Source: Candidatus Obscuribacteraceae bacterium (lineage in GTDB: Bacteria > Cyanobacteriota > Vampirovibrionia > Obscuribacterales > Obscuribacteraceae). From it: a stretch of DNA of 64,000 bases. Position 1 is the first letter of the stretch. Each line of letters begins with the position of its first letter. The translations under genes and the position numbers were made by a program. Where the stretch lies: assembly GCA_044226015.1 (NCBI GenBank), contig JBGAHS010000009.1:256001-320000 (forward strand). Reading direction: 5' to 3'. Below the pieces are notes generated by a model. The model did no database searches. It saw nothing but the letters and a program-made list of their open reading frames with translations, and was not told where the DNA came from. Positions 19,805 through 32,000 of this stretch are shown here, one piece after another.

Positions 19805-20014
19805 TTCTTTTGTTCTCTGTGAAGTTGATGGCCCGATGTTGCGAGGCTAAATTTTTTAGTGTGATTTCTTCGTGAATAGATAGCTCTGGCTTCGTATTCC
19901 GCGCATGGAATGCGGCTGTGGGAATCTACAGTGTATTACCACATGGATCTCCATCGAGCAATTTTTGTAGTGGTGAAACACAGAACAGCTTGTGTTCTTA
20001 CTCTCCATCTTTGA

Positions 20015-20050
20015 ATGAAAAAGGAGCAGCTCATTGCTGCTCCTTTTCAT
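20015..20050. terminator. Intrinsic terminator downstream of giant gene 1
   Basis: ATGAAAA AGGAGCAGC-TCATT-GCTGCTCCT TTTCAT inverted repeat. Confidence 0.85.
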
Positions 20051-20074
20051 GATCTATGTTTGTTCTTTCTTTTC

Positions 20075-23000
20075 TTAGCTGATTGCTACATTGTTTGATT
20101 CAGCGTATTGACGCCAATTCTTCGTAATGTCATTCTCAGCCATTTGCTTCGCGAGTCGTACTGGCAGATTTATCTGCTTTCCTTTTCTAGAACCACTGGT
20201 GGTGGCTTCATATCTCCATGATTGGTCAGCGTTGATTTCGTATGTCACAACTGCAACCCAGGTGTTGTTCTTTTTGATTTCAAGGCTGATCGTAAATGGA
20301 ACAGAGCCGCCCTTGGCTTCTCCTTTTCTGCTGATTCTGCATCTTTCGGCTAGAACTGTGTATTGATGTTCGTCTTTCTCTTCGTTCTGGATTTGAACGC
20401 GCATCACACGAAGCAAGTTGTCCACTTCTGGTTCATATTCTTCGATGTCTGGACGAACCATTTCCTCCGCGGAAGACGACTCTGCGTTAGCATCATCGGT
20501 GATCGGCGTCGACGGAACAGAACCCGATGCTGGTCCTGATTGCACGCCTTCGCTCGGAACAGATGACACTGGTCCTGATGGCACGATTTGAGGAAGTGTC
20601 GGCTTCCGCTTCTTACCACGATTTTTGTAGTCTTCTATTTCTTGAGTCAGCGGCAGTCGCAGCTTTGTGTTGCGAGAGAGCACTACCACGGGATGTCCAA
20701 AGTCATCCATTTCTGTCGAGAGACCATTCAGTTCAGCAATGAGTTTCCAGAGGGTAACGTCTTTCAACGCCGGGTGCCTCAAAGCGATGGAGCGTAAAGT
20801 GTCTCCCAACCTGCAGGTGTATACAATGCGGTCGTCATGGTACTCGTCAATCTGCGAGGCTTCATGTAGTTTTCCAAGCACATTTTGGATGTTTGCCCGG
20901 CGACGTTCGGACAGATCAACAACATTGTCCTTGTTGTTATCTCTGCCGTTGAGACCCGTCTCTCTAGCTCCTACATTGAGAATATTGAGCAAGCTGAATT
21001 TTGGCTTCTTGGTCTCGCCGGAATTGTTGGTATTAGTTGTGCTTTCGTCATATTCGAAGGCTGGCTTCTTACCAAACATTCTGTTGTTGAATCGTTTGAT
21101 TTCTGACTGTGTTGGCAAGAATATTATGGTTCTTGGCTTCAGCTGCAGTTTTCGTTTGCCATCTTTCATTACCGATGGAATCAATGATCTGTTGATTTCG
21201 TAGATCAACGTAGCCAGTCCGCGATTGTAGAACATTTTTTGTGCGATGGACTCGAGCGTGTCTCCTGGTAGAACGACGTATTTTCTTCGCATTTCGCGTT
21301 GCAGCAGTTGCTCTTGCATCATTTGTTTGTCTGCAAGTTCTTTCTGTGCAGCCTGTCTTATTGCTGCCATCATTGCGGCAGCATATTCTTTGGCTTCGAG
21401 TTCAGCTTTTGCACGTAGCGCTCGCTCGCGTTCCTCTTCTTCTCTTCTTTGATGTTCAGCAAATTCCTTGTCCTTCTGCTGATGCAAGAAGTCTAGTGGA
21501 CCGTGATGCTCTGCACCTTCAAGGTTAGCCATGATGTTTTGATCAAACACAGGGTCAACCCATGCGGTGTTCAGCGGGTCAAGGCTGGCTTGAAGTTCGC
21601 TTTCCAGACCGCTGTCCTGAGAACGGTCCTCAGCCATCAAAGTGTGGATGAACTGGTCGAATATCGTTTCGCCACCTTCCGTTGCACCATTGATCCAATT
21701 GCCTGGTTGGTTCGGATCGTTCATCGGGTTGTTGGGATCTTGGCCGAAGACCATAGAAACCAGAGAGGACGGGTCTGGAGCATTGTTGTCGTTGAACGGA
21801 ATAAACGATTCGTTTGCTTGCTGTATCACATTCATGATGTCGAAATTGCCATCAAGGAACGCAGTTGTTTCAGCCATACTTCCGCTACTGAAGATTTCGC
21901 TCAATGAGTTAGCATCCCAATGAACAGCGTCTTCTGTGCCCTGCAGAGACCTGACGAAGTGCAACGCTTGATCAACAAGTCCCTCGGAAATAATGTTGCC
22001 TCCGGCATCCACGAAATGACGGGAGATGATGTTTCCAAAAGCGTCACGCACGACGATAAGTTCGAAGACGTCGCCGTTGGGAGCTGTGAATACTTGTTCA
22101 ATGGAAGAGATTGTTTGAGCAATACCGTTTTGCAGAAGCTCTGCCAGTACGTTCTTCTCAGCTGTTTCAGCTGAACCCTCTGCGTGCTCTCCTGCGAGCT
22201 GCTTTTGAATCATGCTCAACAAGGTTTCTTCGGAGAACGGGAGTTCGCCGTCTTTGAGCTGGAGTCCAAGTTGCTCTGCAAGTGGTTGCAGCATTTCCGG
22301 CAAAAGTTCAGAAAGCGCTTTCTGTGCTTGTTCCGCGTTAATAGCGGTATCGCCTTCTTTCTTTTCCTTGGATTGCTCGATTACGTCGACTCGCTCCTTC
22401 TTATCTTCAACGTTCCATCCAATCGCACCGGTACCGGACCATAGTCCGTTGAGGGCTTCCAACATAGCGATATCCATTGCCAGTTGTTCGGCTGGTGTCA
22501 AAATTCCATCATTCGGATTGTAAGTGGAAACGTTGTCGTTAGGATTGAAATCAAGTCCGCCTGTTTGATTTCCAGTGTTAGTGTTGTCATTGCTTGCGCT
22601 TGGGTTTGCATCGTAAGAAGCTGATGGATCTGTCGATTTACCATCAACGATGTCATAACCATTTCGATCTGTCTGCGATAACACGTTACCGTCGGAGTCA
22701 GCCACCGTTGTGGTGCCCTCCTTATCGACATAAGTTTGTGTACCATCTGGTTTGACTGTAAGTTCGCTTCCATCTGAGAAGTAAGTCTTTTCTGTGCCGT
22801 CCGGATACACAGTCGTACTACTTCCACCATCAGGAATACTACCCGAGGATGAAGAGTCGCTTGACGAATTAGTTGTCGTAACCGTTCCATTCGGTTCGAA
22901 GGTGCTTGTTGTTGCACCGTCTTGGGAGATTGTAGTTCCATCCGGTGTTTGTGTTACTACAGTTCCATCTGGGTTACTTGTTGTTGTTGAGCCGTCATTA

Positions 23001-26000
23001 TTCAACGTGGTGCTCGAACCGTCTGGATTGGCTGCTGTGCCGGTGTTAGAGAGGTCTGGTAGATTAGAAGTCACGGAATTCCATGTATCAGCTACTGTCG
23101 GTCCGACTGCTGCACCAATGGTTGCACCAGTGGTGACACCAACCCCTGTAACAAGTCCTAGTCCGCCACCCACTCCCGCTCCTATCGTAGTGGCATCCCA
23201 TCCGGAATCTGAATTGTTGCTTCCTGTGTTGTCGCTTCCACTTCCCGTAGGAGGTTGACTGTGGTCGGTATTGATTGGACCGTTGTTAGCAATTGTGCCA
23301 TCTGGAAGGGTGGTGACAAAGCCCGCATCAACATCATGCTGAATGGCGTCATTAGTTATTCCTGGAGAACTTGGTGGTTCAGAGCCACTACTGATTGTTG
23401 TGCTTGGTTCGCCGCTGCCTCTGGTGCCCTGAATAGGTTGATCGTCAAAGCCCATGCCTGGGTCATTTATGCTTGTTCCAGTTCCACCGTTGCCCATTGG
23501 TGTTCCGACAGGGCTAGATGTGCTGTCACCAGATTGAGTGTCAACGTTCTGTCCATTTTGATAGTCAGCTTGGCGCTGTGCTATAGCATCCAGCTGAGAG
23601 TCGGTCATCTGGTTTTGTCTTCCCTGCTGATTTTGTTGTGATACAAAATCTGCAGCGTCCGTACCTCTGGAGTTTGAAGTTGCAGCATAGTTTGGATCAG
23701 ATGTTACTGCATTGATTGAGTCAGTGCTTGAGTTATCGGCGGTTGATGCTGTTGCTTGCGCATCAGCTTTGTCAGCCTGGTAATCGGCCTGTCTTTGGGC
23801 GATAGCGTCAAGCTGGGCGTCGGTCATGTTTGCCGCCCGCGCATCCTGATTTTGTTGAGATACAAAATTTGCCGCATCTGCTCCTCGTGAATCAGATGTG
23901 TTGGCAAGAGTGTAATCTTGGGTTTGCATAGAGCCATCTGCTGCAATACTTTGAGTATTTGCTACTGCAGGGTCGCTCTGTATGTCATTCGCCATCAAGC
24001 TATTTACGTTCTGACTTGCGCTTAGTTGATAAACGCCGTCAGAGTTTGGACTGTATGTAGCGCTGTCGAATGTGCCATCAGTTGGCGACGACGTGCCAGT
24101 GCTGCCCGTGTTTGTATAAATCGGAGTGTCAGGGTAGCTTGAGGAATATCCTGAACCGGAGAGATCTGTACCATTATATGTATTGTTTGAGCTTGAATCG
24201 TAGCTGCCAGAGGATCCACTCGAACTCGGAGGCGTGTAGGTGTCCGTTGGATAGTTCGAGGTGCTGGTGCTACCACTTACGGTTCCGCTGTCATAACTTC
24301 CACCACTGGAAGATCCCCCGATGCCAATTGTTATGTCCACAACTGGCGTGTGGAGAGTTGCACTAGCCCCGGAAGAACCAATGTCGACCGAGATTGATCC
24401 CGTGTCGCTCGGTGAACCAGATGCGCTTGAGTGTCCACCGCTTGTTGTTGGTTTGGTGTGGTCGCTTGGTTTGGTAGCATCGCTTGCAGTGGTGCCGGTA
24501 GCCGGAGCTGTTGTAGCATCGCTTGCAGTGGTGCCGGTAGCCGGAGCTGTTGTAGCATCGCTTGCAGTGGTGCCGGTAGCCGGAGCTGTTGTAGCATCGC
24601 TTGCAGTGGTGCCGGTAGCCGGAGCTGTTGTAGCATCGCTTGCAGTGGTGCCGGTAGCCGGAGCTGTTGTAGCATCGCTTGGTGGTGCCGGTAGCCCGGA
24701 GCTGTTGTAGCATCGCTTGCAGTGGTGCCGGTAGCCGGAGCGGTTGTAGCATCGCTTGCAGTGGTGCCGGTAGCTGGAGCTGTTGTAGCATCGCTTGCAG
24801 TGGTGCCGGTAGCCGGAGCGGTTGTAGCATCGCTTGCAGTGGTGCCGGTAGCCGGAGCGGTTGTAGCATCGCTTGCAGTGGTGCCGGTAGCCGGAGTTGT
24901 TGTATCGCTTGAAGTGGTGCTGGTAGCCGGAGCTGTTGTAGCATCGCTTGCAGTGCCGGTAGCCGGAGTTGTTGTAGCATCGCTTGCAGTGGTGCCGGTA
25001 GCCGGAGCTGTTGTAGCATCGCTTGCAGGAGTTGCGGTGCTTGAATCGATTGTGCTACTTGTAGATGGCGCTGTGCTTGCATCACTCGCGACAGAAGTAG
25101 CATCCATTGCAGCACTATCAACTACCGCCGCTTTCTCAAGGCTTGGCGATGCGGACTGCGTAGATGGTGCAGCATCAGCACTATCAGGTGCGTCCTGCTG
25201 TGCAGTCGAATTCAAAGCTACTGCATCCTGAGCCGATGCATCACTAACACTATTTTTTGCAAGTGTTTGAGATTTTGAGCTTCCACCATTCACACTGGAG
25301 GATGATGGATCCGTTGTCGATGAAGCGACCTGATTGCTTGTCGGATCTGTATTGATTGACGAGTTTGCGCTGGACACGTCTTGAGTGCCATTGCTAGCAC
25401 TGCTGGCAGTGTTGCTTGTGCTCGTGGTGGCATTAGGGTCGTTAGAAGATTTTGCTAAAGTCGCATTTGCATTAGCTGGGTTCGCTTGAGCGTTGGGATC
25501 GTTTGCCGCATTAGGAGCGTTATTGACCTGATTTGGCTCATTGTTTTGTCCGCCCTTCTTGGCACTGCCGCCCCCACCAGAGCCACCTTTGCTGCTGGCA
25601 CCACCGCCAGCGGTTGCTGATTGTTTCTTTTCATCCAGAGGTTCGGCAGAGCGAGGACCTTTATCGCTGGAGCGCACTGGATCGAGCGTCATGTTACCCC
25701 TTGTTCCTTGAACATTCAGGGTCATCGCCTTGTCAGTTAGTGTGCTGGAGCGTTCGCGTTCAACCATCAACATTTTTGGTGGCAGAGCGATTTGATTACC
25801 GCGAGAACCCTGCTCAATCAGAACCTGTTTGTTTGCAGCATCTGCTGCACCCATCATCTGATGTTTCTGAGCCTGTTGATGCTCGAATGCCATGCTGGTG
25901 ATAGGCATGGCGCTTAGCGCCATCAAATCTTTGCTAGACAAGTCGCGTTGGTTCTGCCAGAAATTCTGAGCAGAATTGGTACTCGATTCTCTGTTTGAAC

Positions 26001-29000
26001 GGTTATTGCCGCTGAACTCGTCATGGGCTTTTCCTACGTGAGTGCCACGAGTGTCTAAAGACTGTGGAACTGCAAGATCTGATTTGTAATTGGCGCCAGA
26101 ATCTTTAACAGAGCCAGGCTCGAAGCGTTGAGATTCTGTATGTACTTTCTTGTCGGGGTCAAAATTCCCCCATTCATTTTTCAATGCAGCTGAATTGTTA
26201 CCTGTTAGTTTTTCTGCAAGGTTCAATCCAAGAGTAGCTTGCTCCATTGCTCTGAGCCCTTGTTCAGCACGTGCTTGTGCAGCCATCGCCTTTTCTGAAA
26301 GGTAAGATGAAGCTTCTTCACCCTTTCCAGAGAGCGATGTTCTCATGAAATCCATCTTTTCAGACTGGAATCCTTTTCCGCCTAATTGACCTTCACCAGA
26401 AGCCTTGAAGTCATTGGCGAACCTCGTTTCGCCTCCCGGGTGGAAGCTGTGTTCTTGTCCAACGTGTGATTTTCCACCATCATGCTCGATGCCGTGGAAT
26501 TCATGGGCGCTGACTTTGCCTTCGATCGCGGCCGATTTGTCGAATTTAGCGTCACCGCCTCTGGTATCAGCGCCGTGAGCCTCACCCTTTCCTTCGCTCT
26601 TAACATCACCCTTGATGTCGCCTTTTGCTTCTCCTTTGGCTTCTCCTTTTCCTTCGTTTTTCGAGTCAGCTTTCGCATTCGCGTCGCCCTTGATTTCGCT
26701 TCCACTTCCGTTGTGGTTGTCGCCAGCGCCACCTTTATCTGTTCCTCCTTTCTCAGCACCCTTAGGCTCACTGAAGTGTCTATCGCTACCTATTTCACTA
26801 GCAACATTTGATTTCTCAAGAGCAAGTTCGTTTTTGTTTACTTTTGCACCATCTTGAGCTGCTGGTAGCGAACCTCTTGCACCGCTTTCACCTGGATTTC
26901 CTGCAATTTCTGTTGAAGGAGTTTTTGAGCCTTTTAGGTCGGTAGCAACAGAGCTATCATTAGCAGCCAGTTTCTGTTCGGCGGCAGTTGAATTGTGTTC
27001 TGCATTGTTTACGGAGCCTCCGTCGGCTTTAGCGGAGGGGTTTTCTGCCTTAGCTGGAGAGTCGGACGCTCCAGGCGCTGCTGCCTTCTCTAGGGAGACC
27101 GGTGGTGTAGTGCTTGGGCTAGCGTTTGAACCCGTTGGTGGATTTGGCGCTAGAGTTGTCGAAGCTGCCGGTGCTTTTGGCGTGTTGTCGGATGCTGTGG
27201 TGCTGCCCGTCGAACCGTCAGCAGGGTTAGCCTTGGAAGGTTCTGTCGTTTTGAGAGTTTGATTGGCATTTCCTGCATCGGATGCCGCCGGTGTGCGTCC
27301 ATCGGATGGAGCTGGAGGCGTTTTTCCATCGCTTCCGGCTTGTCCGTTTTGGTTCGCCTGATTGTTCACTGGTTCGTGTGCTGTCGAGGCATTGTCGGAT
27401 GCACCCGAGTTAGGTTTGCCACCGTTGTTGTTATTGTTGTTATTTGCGTTGTTGTTATTTGCGTTTTCGTTGTTGTTATTGTTGAGTAACTCAGATCCTT
27501 TTTCTTGAGCCTTCGTTATCTCAGTCTTTGCGTCCTTATACTGATTCTCTAGGTTCGTCTTATTTGCATCAGCATTTGTGGCAGCTTGCGCGGCAGTTCC
27601 AGGCTGAGTGTCCTTGAATTGATTATACTTTTCGGTATTTACCTGGTCAGAAGTCTTCGCAGCCGTCTCTTGCTCTTTTACATGAGCGTCGGTTTGAGAC
27701 TTTTGATTCAAATTCGCGGCATCTCGTGCTTCAGCTTCAACTCTTTGCGCTTCAGTCGCCTTAACGTCCTTATCAATATTTTCAGCTTTGGTGTGATTCT
27801 CTTTGATTTGTTGTACTTGAGCATCCGCTGCATTCTTGTCAGCTGTTGCGTCTACCTTTGTGGTGGTTTCGCCAGCCTTTTGTTGATTGGCATTTTCTGT
27901 GGAAGCATTTACGTTTTCTTGCTGATTGCTTGCGGCATCTCTGGAAAGATCCGAATTTCTGTGTGCAACGTTTGCCTCATTTTTCTCATTAGTAGTGTTT
28001 CTGGACTGAGCATAAATTCCAGTGACGTTAGTGTTTGCAACAGTCGCTTTGGCTTTTGCTTCGTCTATCGACAGAGCTTGCCCGCCAGCACTTTCGGTCT
28101 TTGTAATACTACCGTTGGCACCATAGGTGTATGTAGTACTGTCGAGTACCTTTCCTTTGCTATCTGTATCTGTGATTTTTGAGGCTCTTCCAGCTGTGTA
28201 ATCTGTTTGGGTTTTTGTTCCATCGCTGTTATAGCGAGTATCAGACTTGATCGTACCGTCGCTGTTAAAGGATGATGATGATACCGCGTTGCCATCAGCT
28301 CCAAAGGAAGTCAGTTTGCTGATGTTTCCGTTAGCATCATATTCACTGTTTTGCACACGCTTTCCTGATGCGTCAAACTGATTCATCGTTGAAGTGCCAT
28401 CAGCTTTGGTGTAAGTGGCATTTTTCAGTGTCTTTCCATCTTCACGGTATACTTCTACAGAACTGCTACCGTCGGGGTTGAACTTAGAGAGCGAATCAAG
28501 CGTTTGTTTACCCGATTCATCAATACTGGATTTCGATACCACATAGTTTCCATTTGCATCTTCGTACGTTGTGGTTACACCAGTCGGCTTTTCACCGTCT
28601 TTGATCGGTAGACCGTTAGCTCCGGTGTAAACTGTAGTTGAATCTGCTTCCAATCCAAGAATGTCGGATTGTTTGCTCGACAGCACTGTTCCATCTTTTC
28701 CAAAATTAGTGGTGTTTGAGTGGAAGTCGTTATCGTAAGTGGTGACTGATTTGGAACCATCAGAATTGTAGGTGGTCTCTTTGCCTTCTAATCCGTCAAA
28801 GTGGCTTTCGTAAGACAAAACATCCTTACCTTCGCTATCTTTGATGTGATTGCCATTTTCATCAAGGGCATAGGATTTGCTGTCACTTACTCCATCTTTT
28901 TCAGTTTTCTCAGAGGCGAGTACAGGGTTGTTTTGGCTATCCTTTACTACTTTTCCAGACTCATCGAGAGAGTATGTTTGACTCTTACTTGTGCCGTCAG

Positions 29001-32000
29001 CGCTTACTGTCGTTTCGGAAGCAACAACTTTATTGCCTCCATCCAACACAACTTGACCCTTGCTGTCGAGCGAGTAATTTTTTGTATTGCTTGAGCCGTC
29101 CTTATTGACCGTAGTTTCAGAACTCACTACTGGTTGATTGGAAGAGTCTTTTACTGTCTGTCCAGTTTTGTCTATTTCATAAGTCTTGCTGGAGCCTGAG
29201 CCGTCTGCATTGGTAGTTCCTTCACGGGCTACAATGTTATTTCCGCTGGAGTCTTTGACGTTGTTGCCCGAAGAGTCTATCGAGTAAGAAACACTCTTGA
29301 CTGACCCACCCGCATCGAATGTGTCAACCTTCGAAATTCCGCCGGCTGACGTTTTGTATGTATCGGTGCCGGAACCATCCTCTTTGAAAACAGAGACTCG
29401 TGTTTCTTTTCCATTTGAATCGTAGTATGTGTCTGTTCCTGAGACGCCATCTGCACCGAATGTACTCTTCTTGGTGATTTTTCCGTTTGCATCAGTGATT
29501 GTTTCTGTGCCTGCAGAGTTTTGCAAGTTGTCGTAAGTCTTGACCGAGGTTGAACCATTATCCAGTTTTGTGGTGATGGTCTCCTGACCCTCAGCTGTAA
29601 CGATATCTTTGACTCTCTCGTTTCCGTTCTTATCATAGGTGATACTGGACGATGAATTGTCATTGTTCTTTTGAATAACCGTGGTCTCGCCATCGGCAGA
29701 ATAATATTTGCTTGTGACCCCCTTGTCGGTGAAGTCATTTTGCTGGAATATCTTGCCGCTGGCATCTTTGTAGTCCTGGTGGCTTATGTTGTCGCTTCCA
29801 GGAGGATTGAATGTATTTTCCGTTGTTCCCAAAACAGTTCTTCCATCAAGATCGTAGATGGTTGAATTTGATTTGCTACCGTCTGCAGAAAACTCGGTTG
29901 ACTTCATGAGTTTACCGGCGGAGTCGTAATCGTTGCGCGACTTTAAGACGCCGTTTTCAGAGACAGTAGTGTCCATAATGACACCTTTATCGTCATAGTC
30001 GGTTTTGGTTTCTTTTTGACCTTCTTTTGTAGTCTCTGTGACCTTGTTGCCGTCTTTGTTGTACTGAGTGATGGACTGACCGCCGTTGCCAGTGTTGAAC
30101 TGGGTGACCGTTTTGCCGCCACTGGTGTCATATTCTGTTAGCTTATCGGGCGTTCCGTTCTTACCGAAAGTGGCTTCGCTAACGAGTTCTCCTTTTGCAT
30201 TGTAGTTCTTTTCGCCGTATGAACCGTCGTCAGCTTCGGTGGACTTGGTCATGCTACCAACAATGTTGTCGTTTGCATCCTTGTAAGTCTTTGTGAACGA
30301 ACCATCGGCTTCGAATTTTACGGTTTCTTTTGTGCCATCTTTGTTTGTATAGGTCGCATCAATTTCTTTTCCGTCTTTGTCGAAATTTTCTACTGACGTC
30401 TCTTTGCCAGTAGTGGTATCGTATCTGGTGACGGTGCTGGCTTTTCCGTCTGTAACTGTTGTCTTCTCTGCGAGCTTGCCGTTGGCATCTAGCCTGCTTA
30501 ATGAGCCGCTGCCGTCTGGATTGGTTACCGTAACAGTTTTGCCACCATCAGTGTTGTAGGCGGTGTTGGTTTTGACCCCGTCCTTGATGACAGTCTCGTC
30601 TTTGAGAGTGCTGCCATCTGCCTGATAGTTCTTTATGTTTGTTACGTTGCCGTCTTTATCTAGTGTGCTTTCGGTAGTCTTTGTCTTTCCATCAGGACCA
30701 AAGTCCGTGATGGTTTTATTGCCGGTTTTCTCATCGATAGTTTCAGTTTGTGTTTTCACACCATCTTTGTTGAAGTTATCGATGGTAGGTGGTTGAGTAT
30801 TTATGTCTGTAGTCTTCGTGCCGTCTTCAAATGTTGAACCTGAAACTGGATTTCCGCTGGGGTCGAAGTGCGTTGTTGATTCTGGTTTGCCGGTAGTGGG
30901 ATCGATTTTTGTTTCATCGATGCTCTTATCCTTATTCAGAGTGGCTGTGTCGATTGTATTTCCATTAGCATCTTTGGCTACTGAGCTGATGCTGCCGTCC
31001 GGGTTGTAGGTGGATGCCGTCGGTGGCTGAGTGGTGCTCGTATCGATTGCTTTGCCGGTCGAGTCGAAGTGTGTTGTGTCGGTAGGTTGGCCGTCTTTGC
31101 TATTCGTCAGTGTGCCGCTGCCGTCAGCGTTTTCTTGGACTTTGGTATTTGCTGTTTCGAGAGACTTGCTACCGTCAGCATTGACATTGACGTCTTGAGT
31201 GACATTGCCCTGACCGTCGTATGATTTCACGTTTAGATCGCCGTTAGCGTTCTGCTCGGCAGTTGTTTCCGGAACGTTATTCTTGTAAGAAGCTGCCTCT
31301 GTTGAGTTCTTTGAATAGTCAATTGAGCTAACTAGCTTGTCGTTTTCGAAACTGTTCTTGCTTAGAACTTTTCCTGCATCATCAGTGTTTGTGACGGATC
31401 TTAGCTTGCCTGCTCCATCGAACGAACTGGTGTAGTTTGTACCATCAGGGTTCTTGCCTGATTGCTCAGTGACCTTGCCCATCGCGTCAATTTTAGTGGT
31501 GCTGTTCACTTTTCCAGCGTCGTCAAACTGCTGTACTGTCTTGCTTCCATCCTTAGCGATTTCTGCAGAACTTTGTATAGATTGACCGTCGCCTTTGAAA
31601 GTTGTGACCTTCATAGAACTGTCAGTATTATAGTTTGTGGTATCAGTGGCGACACCATTCTTGTCGTAGTTGGTTACAGAAGCCGTCGTACCATCACTGT
31701 TGTAGCTCGTCTTGTTAACAGGCTGAGTGCCCTGAGCATTGTAATTGGTGAGTGACGTTGGTGTTACGCCGTCATTCGAAAACTCTGTCTTCGACTGCTT
31801 GCTGCCATCTTCTCTGTGATCGACAAGTGACTCCGCCGATCCATCTTTGCGGAAATTGGTTATGGTGTCTGGTGTCTTTCCGTCTGCCTTGAAATCGGTT
31901 TCGGATTGTGGATTTCCTTCCTTATCGAATTCTGTTTTCGCAATTACGGTATCCCCATCACTTGCGTAATGAGTTTCGGTCTGAGGAACCATGTCCTTTG

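Noticed and set aside
24331..24697. C-terminal LQAMLQQLRLPAP repeat of the 4557-aa ORF as a real domain
   Set aside because: It is the same 39-bp repeat read out of frame after the indels.
24474..25029. Possible CRISPR array
   Set aside because: Units are contiguous with no unique spacers, are a multiple of 3 long and encode a peptide repeat; no cas genes are present. The same applies to the 24-bp and second 39-bp arrays.
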